From a virus: 64,000 bases of DNA. How positions within the stretch are numbered: the stretch's first letter is position 1; every line of letters starts with the position of its first letter. The DNA lies in IMG/VR virus record IMGVR_UViG_3300025141_000055, positions 18,134-82,133 of that record; one strand, given 5' to 3'. The notes under the pieces are model-generated. The model worked only from the letters and a program-made list of their open reading frames with translations. It did no database searches and was not told where the DNA came from. Below, in pieces: positions 39,087 through 48,308 of this stretch. The position numbers and the translations under genes were made by a program.

Positions 39087-39866
39087 TCAGATGTTGGGAT
39101 GGAGCTGATAGTAGTTCTTTACTACTTCAAACCACTTCTCTTCATCTTTCTCCACCGCCTCAGGTCCGAATGTAAAAACCTGAGTGTTGAAGGCTTTCAC
39201 TGCGGTAGAAACGATAATCTGGGTTTTATCAATTGTAATCCCCAAACAATTTTCCGCTGCTGCTTTGTATGCCGCAAGTTGTAAACGGGTTTTCTTCGTC
39301 TTAAAAGCCCCGGAGATAAGGGCTTTACGTATACTGTCTTCTAATTTTTGCTCTTTACGTGGGAATTTAGCTGCGTAGGGGCCGACGCTTGTTTTAAAAT
39401 CGGCCAAAATAATTTGAGCGTTTTTGTCCATATAAATAAGGTCGCAGCAGCCCGCGTACCCATACCCGGTTTCCGCATCAAAGTAATAAAGGCGCCCTAC
39501 ACCATCATCACCCACAAACTTCGACCAGCGGGGTTGGTTAAAGGGTTTTTCGGACCAAAGTATCCGTCCCCCATCAATTAAGTCATCGATGATTTCAGGC
39601 ATTCCATCCCAATAAGGTTGATAATCCTCGGGGGGAATAACCCGTAGTCCTTTGATGTAGTTCTCTACACTCCCATGGATCCATGTCCCCCTCTCGGCAG
39701 CCTTATCTGCGACGCCGGGATTGAGCTTATTCCAGTGAGCTAGTTTTTTCCTCTGCTGTTCTGTTTGGGAGGAGCTCAGAATAGAAGTTACAGAAGGGAG
39801 AGGTTTAACCACCCCAGGACATATGTAATGTCTTCTGCCATCTATGGTGACCCTGGTGGTAGACAA
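39087..39866 (-). CDS. PD-(D/E)XK exonuclease
   Basis: LPSVTSIL, RGTWIH, SE, YAGCCD, ADFKTS, QLAAY. Confidence 0.85.
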   Translation of the reverse strand: MSTTRVTIDGRRHYICPGVVKPLPSVTSILSSSQTEQQRKKLAHWNKLNPGVADKAAERGTWIHGSVENYIKGLRVIPPEDYQPYWDGMPEIIDDLIDGGRILWSEKPFNQPRWSKFVGDDGVGRLYYFDAETGYGYAGCCDLIYMDKNAQIILADFKTSVGPYAAKFPRKEQKLEDSIRKALISGAFKTKKTRLQLAAYKAAAENCLGITIDKTQIIVSTAVKAFNTQVFTFGPEAVEKDEEKWFEVVKNYYQLHPNI

Positions 39867-39891
39867 AAAAGTAAGTGCAGACGGCCTGATA

Positions 39892-40212
39892 CTAGAACGA
39901 ATTTATGAAATCGTTGGGGTCATTAGGGAGTTTAGTCCCCACCTCACGGGGTTCAATAAAGAACTCAGATTTTTGATAGGCGTATTCCTTATCTCGTTGT
40001 TCAAGATCCCCCATTAGACATAAGGCGGCTGAATAAGCCTCCGTGGTTATTTCTGCGCACTCTTCAGCGGAGCGAGTAGAACCATCGGGGGCGACACATT
40101 CGGTTAAAAGTTGTTGTGCTGCTATCAGAGCAGTAATTTTTTCCAACTTAAGGTTAGTCTCCTTAAGCTGAGTACCGATTTCTTCGAGAGCATCAAAGAG
40201 GCGTTTGCTCAC
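39892..40212 (-). CDS. hypothetical coiled-coil protein
   Basis: ORF track. Confidence 0.6.
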   Translation of the reverse strand: MSKRLFDALEEIGTQLKETNLKLEKITALIAAQQLLTECVAPDGSTRSAEECAEITTEAYSAALCLMGDLEQRDKEYAYQKSEFFIEPREVGTKLPNDPNDFINSF

Positions 40213-40738
40213 TGTTTGGTATCGGCGGGTTAGGCCAGCCTACTTCGTATTCGATCATAGTACTAGTAGACGCATCTGGCTGCTTTTTAAAGACAAACCA
40301 TGCAGAAGTCACCGAGTCTTTTAATTGTTTCCCATCTCCTCTAAAAGAAGGACGAGGGCTAAGGATTTTTAGATTCGTAAGAGAAGCGCCTTTAAGGAAA
40401 CGTTCCCTACGTCGAGTGGGCTCAAGAAAAGTAAGGCGATCTAGGATGATTAACCCTTGTTTGGCCACGTCATGTCCATACTCCGTTACCCATGTTGAGA
40501 GGTCACCCATTCCTTGTGTGATGGCTATAACCCAGTCGACACCCCGATGTTGTTCCCACCACTCTGGTTCGGAGAGACTGTTTAGATCAAAATTGCAGGT
40601 TAAATCCGTTAGGCCCGCTTGGCGCACTTGCTGTGCTAACTGGCGATCAAAGTCGGTAGGGAGAAGGATGGATCCTTCGCAGATGCCACTATCCCGAATA
40701 GGATTAAAAATGAACTTAGGGACTTGATAAAAACCCAT
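40193..40738 (-). CDS. methyltransferase-fold protein lacking SAM-binding and catalytic motifs
   Basis: FY..P, DWVI, RLTFLEP..RR, RPSF, D....AWFVF scaffold of small phage MTases; EPxAG reads LPTDF and NPPF reads ITQG. Confidence 0.6.
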   Translation of the reverse strand: MGFYQVPKFIFNPIRDSGICEGSILLPTDFDRQLAQQVRQAGLTDLTCNFDLNSLSEPEWWEQHRGVDWVIAITQGMGDLSTWVTEYGHDVAKQGLIILDRLTFLEPTRRRERFLKGASLTNLKILSPRPSFRGDGKQLKDSVTSAWFVFKKQPDASTSTMIEYEVGWPNPPIPNSEQTPL

Positions 40739-41009
40739 GCCGGAGTTAAGTGAAGAATTTATAGACGTGGTCAGGGCTCATATGACGTATGAGCAAGCTT
40801 TTACTCATAGGGTTTTTACAGATTGTTTTTTCGAGCTTAGTCCAAAAGATCAAGAAGATGTGCTTGCTATTGTCTATGCTAACTATCTCATCAGAGGAAG
40901 ATTATTAGCCGGAATCTTAGAGTGGTCCGCGAAGGAAAAGGTAGTGATCCCTAATTTTGGGGATCTATTAGCTCCCGGAATGATTGGCATAAAGAAAGAG
41001 GTACCCTAG
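40737..41009 (+). CDS. nblA: NblA-like protein (copy 2)
   Basis: Gapless match to the recalled NblA pattern EQxFxxRxF......S....D.L...Y.....R: MTYEQAFTHRVF...LSPKDQEDVLAIVYANYLIR. Confidence 0.6.
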   Translation: MPELSEEFIDVVRAHMTYEQAFTHRVFTDCFFELSPKDQEDVLAIVYANYLIRGRLLAGILEWSAKEKVVIPNFGDLLAPGMIGIKKEVP

Positions 41010-41019
41010 GGCACCCCTT
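40991..41019 (-). terminator. terminator-like hairpin
   Basis: AAGGGGTGCC-ctag-GGTACCTCTT followed by TCTTT on the - strand. Confidence 0.5.
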
Positions 41020-41080
41020 CCAACACCACACCACCGAAAACAGTTACACCGAGGAACTGTCCGGACTCTAGAATTATAGC

Positions 41081-41935
41081 TTAGAAGTCAAGACCGGCTG
41101 CCTTGAGGGCTTCTTTTTGTTCTTCGGTTAATTCTCTCTTACCCGCGGGTTTTTTCGGGGAAGGTGTTTCACCTCCGGTCGCTTTGGTTGCGGGGGCGGG
41201 AGCTTCACTAGAGGGGACGGCTGTGGTAGCTGACGGAAGAGCTTGAGTCATCTTTGAGGATGTTCCGTCAATCTGCTTGGGGTATGCCTCATCAAAAACT
41301 GCTTTGATTTTTGAATGGTCTTCTCCCAAAGGAAGCTCGACCAAATTAGCACCGGAGATATTAGAACGTAGTGCAGAAGATACCAATTCTCCTCCATCAC
41401 TTTCAAGCCATGCTGATATATCCGCGATGAGTTTAGTTTCCTCGTCATTACTAGGTGGACGATCCCTAAATTCCAACGCGTTATAGTTTATCTTGGCGCC
41501 GTCCGCCCCAGTCACTGGGTCGCGTTCATTAAAAGATTTTTGAACGAACTTAGTTGATGTAATGACTTCACCTACGTTTATCCTGTTGTTGTATAAGGTT
41601 TGGAAGTAGGAAATAAAGTTTTTTTGACTTGATTTACCGCTGATAATACTTGTTGAGACACAACGAGGCGGTAATAAACGATGATTAGGGGAGACCCCGA
41701 TGAAGCTAATACGTATAAATTCCTCATGGTCTCGCATACCAAGGTTCCCGTAGAACGGTACGAAACCAAGGAGGATGAATTCAATGGGTATCCCATTGTC
41801 GTTTCTGTCCGTGATAGCGGCCGCAGGATCAGTATCGGATTTCCAACGACGCGCTTGAAGGTCGATACGCAGCGTGTGCGGCGGAATTTGGCAAAGAATT
41901 TCATCCGCAGAAAATTTACCAGCAATAAAAACCAT
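41081..41935 (-). CDS. replication/recombination-associated hypothetical protein
   Basis: Located between the SSB-like gene and the exonuclease; flexible acidic C-terminus ending LDF. Confidence 0.55.
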   Translation of the reverse strand: MVFIAGKFSADEILCQIPPHTLRIDLQARRWKSDTDPAAAITDRNDNGIPIEFILLGFVPFYGNLGMRDHEEFIRISFIGVSPNHRLLPPRCVSTSIISGKSSQKNFISYFQTLYNNRINVGEVITSTKFVQKSFNERDPVTGADGAKINYNALEFRDRPPSNDEETKLIADISAWLESDGGELVSSALRSNISGANLVELPLGEDHSKIKAVFDEAYPKQIDGTSSKMTQALPSATTAVPSSEAPAPATKATGGETPSPKKPAGKRELTEEQKEALKAAGLDF

Positions 41936-41966
41936 GATTTAGAGTTGTTTGTGAGTTGAGTGTTAG

Positions 41967-42611
41967 TTAGAGAGAGAAGTCGAGGGAGCCAAGAGCTGCG
42001 GGAGATACCCTACCTTTTTCGGGATCAGCTGCTTTTTCTGGGGGTTTCCGAGAACCTCTTGGGAGGTATAGAACCTTATCTAAGCCATAGTTAAGGTACT
42101 TTTTATCATCTTTCTCCGAGGTACTGACGCGTCCAACCGCAATGGTAGGGGTACCTGGAGGAAGAGATGCTAGTTGACCTGACAGCTCATTCCAACCACT
42201 AAGTTTCATCCAGCTGGTGTTCTGGTCCTCATCTTGCCAAGCTAGAGACCTGTTAGTCACAGTATCTCCATCTAGATTGTTTTCGTCGGCCTTGGGGCCT
42301 AACCCTCCCGTGGCGACAAAAATATTAATGGCAAGGAGATCTGCGAAGTTCCCTTCTCCAACAACCAGCATGGGTTGCATACGAAGAACGCCATCGGGAT
42401 CAGATTTTGTGGGACCTAGTGCAAGGCATGTGTCTCCTTGTTTAAGGTTCTTCATGGTTTTGCCAACGTAGTGGTCAGCTTTTTGAATAAGACTGACCTT
42501 GGTGCTGACTTTTCTTTCGCTTGAGGGGAGAGATTCCCCGGTTAGATTGATCGAACCATCGGTTTCAAGAGGGTTGTCTGTCACCCGAAGGCCGAGAATG
42601 AAGATGTTCAT
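41967..42611 (-). CDS. single-stranded DNA-binding protein-like (tandem OB folds)
   Basis: ATGGLG...TSWMKLSGWNEL...L..G....VGRV matches the SSB pattern. Confidence 0.65.
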   Translation of the reverse strand: MNIFILGLRVTDNPLETDGSINLTGESLPSSERKVSTKVSLIQKADHYVGKTMKNLKQGDTCLALGPTKSDPDGVLRMQPMLVVGEGNFADLLAINIFVATGGLGPKADENNLDGDTVTNRSLAWQDEDQNTSWMKLSGWNELSGQLASLPPGTPTIAVGRVSTSEKDDKKYLNYGLDKVLYLPRGSRKPPEKAADPEKGRVSPAALGSLDFSL

Positions 42612-43134
42612 TCCGTAGTATCCGATAAATAGTTGAGCGATGTACTTTAAGAGCTTTGGCGATTTCCTTTACAGGAGCGCCGCTGCTCGCGAAGGCTAGC
42701 GCAAGTGCAGTATCCGCACTGGTTAATTTAGCGGCTTTAAAGATTTTGTAACTATTATGAAAGGGGTTGATACAGTTCTTACGATTACAAGAGTTGTGTG
42801 CGTATACATCATCCCCTACTTGGAGATAATTCATTATTAATGGACGCACGTAGTACCTTTTACCTAATGCGTAGATTACTGGGGATGTATTTGTGAACCC
42901 TCCATTCCAGATATAACAAGCTTTTCTGGGGAAATCACTAAAGGCTAATCTTCTAAATAAATCACTTAAGGTTGTTGTTTCTCCTTTTTCGTAATTTAAA
43001 CTGAAGGTGTCTGCTTTTAATGCGTTAGATATATCTGCTGCTTGAGCCTGTGCATGAACTCCATCATTTGCAGTGAGGGAGATAGGTAAACTTATATTTT
43101 TACGTTCTACTGTGAGTATATATTCAGTAGACAT
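42565..43134 (-). CDS. HNH-derived zinc-loop + HTH protein
   Basis: CYIWNG...SCNRKNCINPFH...KLT...VKEIAKALKVHRSTIYRIL. Confidence 0.65.
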   Translation of the reverse strand: MSTEYILTVERKNISLPISLTANDGVHAQAQAADISNALKADTFSLNYEKGETTTLSDLFRRLAFSDFPRKACYIWNGGFTNTSPVIYALGKRYYVRPLIMNYLQVGDDVYAHNSCNRKNCINPFHNSYKIFKAAKLTSADTALALAFASSGAPVKEIAKALKVHRSTIYRILRNEHLHSRPSGDRQPS

Positions 43135-43315
43135 CGTTAGGCAAAAACTCCGCGTTCCTCATGAGTAAGTCCAACTCCTCTTCTGTTAGCTGCAGGAGAG
43201 GAGCATATTTCTTCCAAACCCTAGGCCCTCTCAGAATAAATCGGATAAGACTAATCACTGATGATGATAGGAGTGAATTCCCTAGAAGGATACTAACTCG
43301 TGGGGGAAGGAACTG

Positions 43316-44818
43316 TTAGCGAACCATATCGTAAACGCCGCCCCCACCAGGCACGTTAGGACCACGTAATTTATCAATGTTTGCATCGAGGAAGGCCTTA
43401 ATTTCTTGATTACTCTTCCCCTGGTTTCTAGCTGCCTCTAGGTCTGCGTGGCCGAAGTAGTCTGCACTTTGTCCGTGTGCGAGGCTGATGCTTCCACCGC
43501 CATTACCGCCATTACCGCCAGAGAGGTTGTCGTACAGACCACCTCCACCGGGAACATTGTGAGCACGCAGTAGTGAGGGGTTTTGGTCTAGGTAAGATTT
43601 AATTTCCTCATCAGACCATCCAGCTCCTTTTGCGGCTTGTAGATCAACGTCTCCAAAGTATGCTGCACTCTGACCTCCTCCAATTCCTATTGGGTCACGT
43701 TCATCACGATCAGGGGTAACACCATATCCGACTTGAGCGGATGAACCCAACTTGTCGTATAAACCTCCGCCTCCGGGTACGTTGGCGTCACGAAGAAGAC
43801 CGATGTTCTGATCGAGATAGGCTTTAATTTCTGTATCCGAGTAGCCTGCTCCTCTCGCCGCATCTAAATCTCTTCCGCCGAAGAAGGCGGCACTCGCGCC
43901 ATGACGAATGGATATGGGATCACGCTCTGGTGTATTCGCGTATTGACCGTGGATTGTGTCTCCTAGTTCATCAAACAAACCACCTTGACCTGGGACATTC
44001 CCTTCACGAAGAAGCTGGGGATTATCTATAAGGTATCTCTTAATCTCTGAATCCTGGAAGCCAGCTCCCCTAGCTGCCTCTAGGTCTGCGTGGCCGAAGT
44101 AGTCTCCACTTTGTCCGAGTTCTATTTCCGGACGATTACCTTGGGACCATGTACGGGATACCGAACCGATCTGCTCCGTTGGTACTCCCCCACTAATTTG
44201 CTCATATAGACCCCCGGCCATGCCCGGACGGTTTTGTTCGTGAACCAGATCCAGATTATCTCTCATCCAGTCTTGAATCTCGCCTGGCTCGTATCCCGCA
44301 TCCAATGCTTTCTTATAGTCCATGCCTCCAAAAAGACCACTCTGTCCAAATTCGGTGGCAAGATCGCCGAGGTCTCTTCTGCTGTCGAAAATATTGTTGG
44401 GATCTTCTTCGGGATCTGTGCCTACGTAGGTATCACCCGTGCCAACTCCATCCTCAGTGTTTACTCCTACTTGGTTAATGTTGGTTAAGTTAATCCCTGT
44501 GGCTGGCTCAGGGGCCAGGGTCATTGTGTTTATTTGGGTATCTCTGTTTAGTCCTCCTTTATACCCAAGAACATTTCCTCCTCTTCCTTTTGAAAGAGAT
44601 TGAAAACCAAAGGTTGGTAGATAGCCGGCCCATGCTCCGTCGGTGTTGGACACGTTGGCGAATTGCCCACCTTCGGTAGATCCACCTGTATCAGTTCCTG
44701 CGTCTGCACTTCCTTCGGGAACAGCTGCACCACTAAAGAAACCACCGAGGTCTAGCCCGAATCTGTTACCTGCTTGACGCAGAAGACTAGGGGGGACTTT
44801 ATACCTAGACGCAGTCAT
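43316..44818 (-). CDS. protein with five tandem repeats (about 52-aa core)
   Basis: G.S..YFG..DL.AAR..G.SD.EIK.YL..N..LLR..NVPG.GGLYD occurs five times. Confidence 0.75.
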   Translation of the reverse strand: MTASRYKVPPSLLRQAGNRFGLDLGGFFSGAAVPEGSADAGTDTGGSTEGGQFANVSNTDGAWAGYLPTFGFQSLSKGRGGNVLGYKGGLNRDTQINTMTLAPEPATGINLTNINQVGVNTEDGVGTGDTYVGTDPEEDPNNIFDSRRDLGDLATEFGQSGLFGGMDYKKALDAGYEPGEIQDWMRDNLDLVHEQNRPGMAGGLYEQISGGVPTEQIGSVSRTWSQGNRPEIELGQSGDYFGHADLEAARGAGFQDSEIKRYLIDNPQLLREGNVPGQGGLFDELGDTIHGQYANTPERDPISIRHGASAAFFGGRDLDAARGAGYSDTEIKAYLDQNIGLLRDANVPGGGGLYDKLGSSAQVGYGVTPDRDERDPIGIGGGQSAAYFGDVDLQAAKGAGWSDEEIKSYLDQNPSLLRAHNVPGGGGLYDNLSGGNGGNGGGSISLAHGQSADYFGHADLEAARNQGKSNQEIKAFLDANIDKLRGPNVPGGGGVYDMVR

Positions 44819-44994
44819 GAAATCAATTCTTACCAGTCTTAACAGTATAAGCCAATTCGTTTATGGTTTTTAGTTATTAATAAGGGTGTCACTGGAAGAT
44901 CTAGGCTACCCTACCTAACAACTGGCACACTAACTGTCACACTACTTTTTACTTGGTTTAGATTTTTGTAAATCTTTCTTTACATAAAGGAACA

Positions 44995-45366
44995 ATGATT
45001 AAGCCAGCACTACTTGCCGCTGCTGCCGTGTCCATGTTCGGCTCAGCTGCAATGGCTGACGTCTACGTGAACACAGAATTTAACGGTTCAGCTGTCGGTC
45101 AAGATTGGAAGGGGAGTACTACCGAGCTTCATATTGGTTGGAAGGGAAATCCTTCTGAAAATTCTGAGGTCTTCGCTCAGGTGGGCCCTGCCTTTACTTC
45201 AACTGATGGAGCTTCAGGTAGCGTCGATACTGATGTATCCGGAAAGCTAGGTGGCACAGTGGCACTTAGTGATAAGTTCGACCTTTATGGTGAAGTTTCA
45301 TTCATCACCGATGAAACAGAGGATACAGCTTATGGGACCAAGGTCGGGGGTACTTATACCTTTTGA
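44995..45366 (+). CDS. cyanophage-type small outer-membrane beta-barrel protein
   Basis: Signal peptide (AAMA), YVNTE.N, LHIGW.G, Q.GPA, SGKLGG, LYGEVSF, YGTKVG..YTF with terminal Phe. Confidence 0.8.
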   Translation: MIKPALLAAAAVSMFGSAAMADVYVNTEFNGSAVGQDWKGSTTELHIGWKGNPSENSEVFAQVGPAFTSTDGASGSVDTDVSGKLGGTVALSDKFDLYGEVSFITDETEDTAYGTKVGGTYTF

Positions 45367-45393
45367 AGTAAGCTAAATTAGTCCCCATTTAAT

Positions 45394-45433
45394 TCTCGCT
45401 AGGTTTCCTCACACACTTAGCGAGATTTTTTTT
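45394..45433 (+). terminator. intrinsic terminator
   Basis: TCTCGCTAGG...CTTAGCGAGA followed by T8. Confidence 0.7.
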
Positions 45434-45444
45434 ACCTAATAATC

Positions 45445-45702
45445 ATGCGTAAACTTCTCGACACGGCGGCAGTTGTCAGTCTTCTGATATCGGGTACCCT
45501 CGCGGCTGGGAGTATCTATGGCTACCTCTACTTCTCTACTCCTGCGAATCAAGAAAAGTTACAGAAAGTACTTATTGATAAAGTGAAGGGTGCCCTTATT
45601 CCCAGCGTGGGAGGGGGTTTGAGTAAGTCGTTACCGGGAGCAGCTTGTGGCTGGGGTAGCTTGGAAGGGTTAGTATCCCCGGGTAAAGTCAAACTTTTTT
45701 GA
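45445..45702 (+). CDS. small membrane-anchored protein
   Basis: MRKLLD.AAVVSLL...YGYLY N-terminal TM helix. Confidence 0.6.
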   Translation: MRKLLDTAAVVSLLISGTLAAGSIYGYLYFSTPANQEKLQKVLIDKVKGALIPSVGGGLSKSLPGAACGWGSLEGLVSPGKVKLF

Positions 45703-45841
45703 TGCAAAGCGCTCCAACAAACTGGTGGGTTAAATCCCTCGATAGTAAATTGTATGTAGAGAAGTGGGGGGTGTATGTCCCAGCCGATTCTCGTATACCT
45801 CCCGTCTTTGGATTAGTGAAGAGCTATTTGAAGAAGGTTTT

Positions 45842-46063
45842 CTAATCCTCCTTGCTCATCACAAAATAACGCTGGAGACCGAATCCCGGGCCCACCACGC
45901 TCTTTAATACTTTCATGGTTGACTTAGCTTTCTCATGAGATCGGAAGGCCTTAGCGTGTTCTCGAGTGCTACAGTACTCAACTAGTTTCTTTTTAGACTC
46001 GTTAATACAATCGGAAACATATCGGTCTCCCTTAGTTATTACCCATATCTCTTGTAATTTCAA
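45842..46063 (-). CDS. hypothetical protein
   Basis: ORF track. Confidence 0.5.
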   Translation of the reverse strand: MKLQEIWVITKGDRYVSDCINESKKKLVEYCSTREHAKAFRSHEKAKSTMKVLKSVVGPGFGLQRYFVMSKED

Positions 46064-46109
46064 AGAAAGGCTAGATAACTAACCGGAGCAGTATAAAGCT
46101 TTTAAAGGT

Positions 46110-46370
46110 TTATGAACTTTTGCGCGTGTTCTCTAATTTCTCCAGCCTATGTTGGGCAATTTCACTAGGGCTTTTAAACCCATCCCAGATAACAGAGAAA
46201 TGATAACGACGCGCACCCCTTTTGTCACGGCGAAGGTAGATGGCGACTACCTTTCCTTTGCGGGGGCGGGCAAAGTGTGATGAGGCTCCTACCTGTGGAC
46301 GGAGAGATTCTTTGACGTATTCTCCTACGCTGAATCTAGGTTGGGGAGCAGGTCGGTTAAGAGTAGTCAT
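46110..46370 (-). CDS. small SH3-like basic protein
   Basis: RFSVGEYV...GKVV...VIWDG...RL. Confidence 0.55.
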   Translation of the reverse strand: MTTLNRPAPQPRFSVGEYVKESLRPQVGASSHFARPRKGKVVAIYLRRDKRGARRYHFSVIWDGFKSPSEIAQHRLEKLENTRKSS

Positions 46371-46383
46371 GAAGAGGGAGTGG

Positions 46384-48273
46384 TTATTTATCCGCCCAGG
46401 TTCTACCTATATGGGCGTCAGCTTTAGATGGTACGACTTTTAAGATGGACTCAGTAGCGCGACACATCGCATCTTCAAGAATTGTCTTATATTCTTCAGC
46501 CCTTTCTTCCACTACTTCAAGAACAATCTCATCGTGGACGCAGCCAATGAGGTGGGCCTCGTCATTAAGGTTGTCATTAAGGAAGGCAATAGATAGTTTT
46601 AAGATGTCTGCACCCGCCCCTTGGATCAATGTATTTGCACATGCCATCATCTGAGCATCGTCATAAGACAGTAAACGTCTCCTCCCTGCGGGGGTGCGTA
46701 CATAGCACCAGCCATCTTCTACCATTGCAGCTCGCTCTCGATGCCATTGTTTTAGACGCGGATATGCATTGTGAAAAGCAGCGTGAGCCACCTTCGCTTC
46801 GGAAAGAGATATAACTTTGCCGGACTGGGCACTATATGTACGGTACTTTCTATACCCCATCCCATAGAGGAGTGCAAAGTTAAGAGTCTTCCCTTCTTGT
46901 CTCTGGTCTTTTGTTACTTCTTCTATGGGTACTTTATAGATAAGACTCGCTGTAACTGTATGTAGGTCCTTTCCTTCCTGAAAGGCTTGGATCATCTGAG
47001 GGATGCCAATCAGTTCTGCTCCTAACCTGAGTTCGATTTGAGATAGGTCACAGATAACGAGTTGATGACCAGGACTCGGTATAAAACATTCTCGAAATTC
47101 TTTGTGCCGTGGGATTTGCTGAGCGTTTACGGCAAAGTGATTTTTGGATTGTTTGGCGTTTCCTTTCTTACTTCCTGAGGAGGTAAATCTTCCTGAGTTG
47201 GCCCCATATTGGTTATAGCCACTATGAATCCTATGAGTAACAGGGTTGATATTGGTAATAAGTTTTTGAGCGTGCTCCAATCGGGTCTCGATCTTGACCC
47301 TTTTCCGATAAAGGCTGAGGAGTGGATCCTCGGAGGCAAACTCGGATAAGGCAACTTGATTGAGCGTCTTCTTGCCTGTTCTTCCATCAATAGGTAGTTC
47401 AACGCCGAGGACTTCAAACGCTCGGATGCATTGGATTCCTGATCCCGGGTTGAATTCTTTTCTAAGTTTTTTGCCAATTGCGATTTGTCCATCTTCTCCT
47501 CGGGGTAATTTGTAGGAGGTAGGTAAAGCCGAGTCAAGATCTTTACAAAAGTCTACAGTGATTTGATCTAATTTCTCTGTAATGGACTCTCTTAGTGCTA
47601 TTAACTTATTAACATCCACCTTAAAGCCTCTGTTACACATAGATGCCACAGGGCGAATGCACTGGGATTCAAGAGAGTAGATACTCACTAGATCTTCGTC
47701 ACACATTTCCTTTAGTTGAGCCCCGGCAATCTCGGGGAGAATATCCACATCACTCGCTGCATATTTAATCTGTTCCTCTTCCAGGTCTGGGGCTGACCAG
47801 TCAGAGACTTGTTGTTCCTTGCTTAGGTCTTGTTCTAGTCGTCTTCCTACTACCGACTTGAGGTTACATGAGACATCTGCAAAGTAAGTTTTTTTAATCT
47901 TGGGGCTAATTTTTTTCTCTTTAAAGCCAGCGCGTAGGCACCGCTCGGCCAAATAGGTATCGAAGATTTTTCCTTTGTAGTCGATGCCTAGCTGTAAATT
48001 AAACTGAAGATCAAAGTTAGCGTTGTGCGCAACTAGTAACTCTCTGGATTCTATTAAAGCAATTAATGCCGAAGTATCGGGGACCTTAAAGAAGTCAATT
48101 ACATAGACAGTTCGCTCTCCTTCCTGCGTTGTACACAGTTGAAGAAGACGCGGTTTAGCTATTCGTGCATCTAACCCCGTGGTCTCGTAGTCAAAGCATA
48201 GTTTGGGGAAGGAGTAGAGCTCTTTAACAGCTTGGTCAAACTGTTGTTGGGTGGTGATGTAATTAATATTCAT
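46384..48273 (-). CDS. polA: family A DNA polymerase with 3'-5' exonuclease domain
   Basis: ExoI DYET, ExoII HNANFDL, ExoIII YAASD; GRFTSS, motif A DLSQIELR, motif B KTLNFALLYG (Phe at the E. coli 762 position), motif C VHDE. Confidence 0.95.
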   Translation of the reverse strand: MNINYITTQQQFDQAVKELYSFPKLCFDYETTGLDARIAKPRLLQLCTTQEGERTVYVIDFFKVPDTSALIALIESRELLVAHNANFDLQFNLQLGIDYKGKIFDTYLAERCLRAGFKEKKISPKIKKTYFADVSCNLKSVVGRRLEQDLSKEQQVSDWSAPDLEEEQIKYAASDVDILPEIAGAQLKEMCDEDLVSIYSLESQCIRPVASMCNRGFKVDVNKLIALRESITEKLDQITVDFCKDLDSALPTSYKLPRGEDGQIAIGKKLRKEFNPGSGIQCIRAFEVLGVELPIDGRTGKKTLNQVALSEFASEDPLLSLYRKRVKIETRLEHAQKLITNINPVTHRIHSGYNQYGANSGRFTSSGSKKGNAKQSKNHFAVNAQQIPRHKEFRECFIPSPGHQLVICDLSQIELRLGAELIGIPQMIQAFQEGKDLHTVTASLIYKVPIEEVTKDQRQEGKTLNFALLYGMGYRKYRTYSAQSGKVISLSEAKVAHAAFHNAYPRLKQWHRERAAMVEDGWCYVRTPAGRRRLLSYDDAQMMACANTLIQGAGADILKLSIAFLNDNLNDEAHLIGCVHDEIVLEVVEERAEEYKTILEDAMCRATESILKVVPSKADAHIGRTWADK

Positions 48274-48278
48274 GAGAT

Positions 48279-48308
48279 AAAAAAAGGGCGGCCCGTACCT
48301 CCGCCCTT
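48279..48308 (-). terminator. intrinsic terminator immediately upstream of polA
   Basis: AAGGGCGG-loop-CCGCCC followed by T7 on the - strand, ending a few nt before the polA ATG. Confidence 0.7.

Noticed and set aside
39087-39866. Cas4 / CRISPR adaptation gene
   Set aside because: No Fe-S cysteine cluster; its position beside the primase-helicase fits an ordinary phage exonuclease
44967-44984. NtcA box upstream of the outer-membrane protein gene
   Set aside because: The spacing is GTA-N10-TAC, not GTA-N8-TAC
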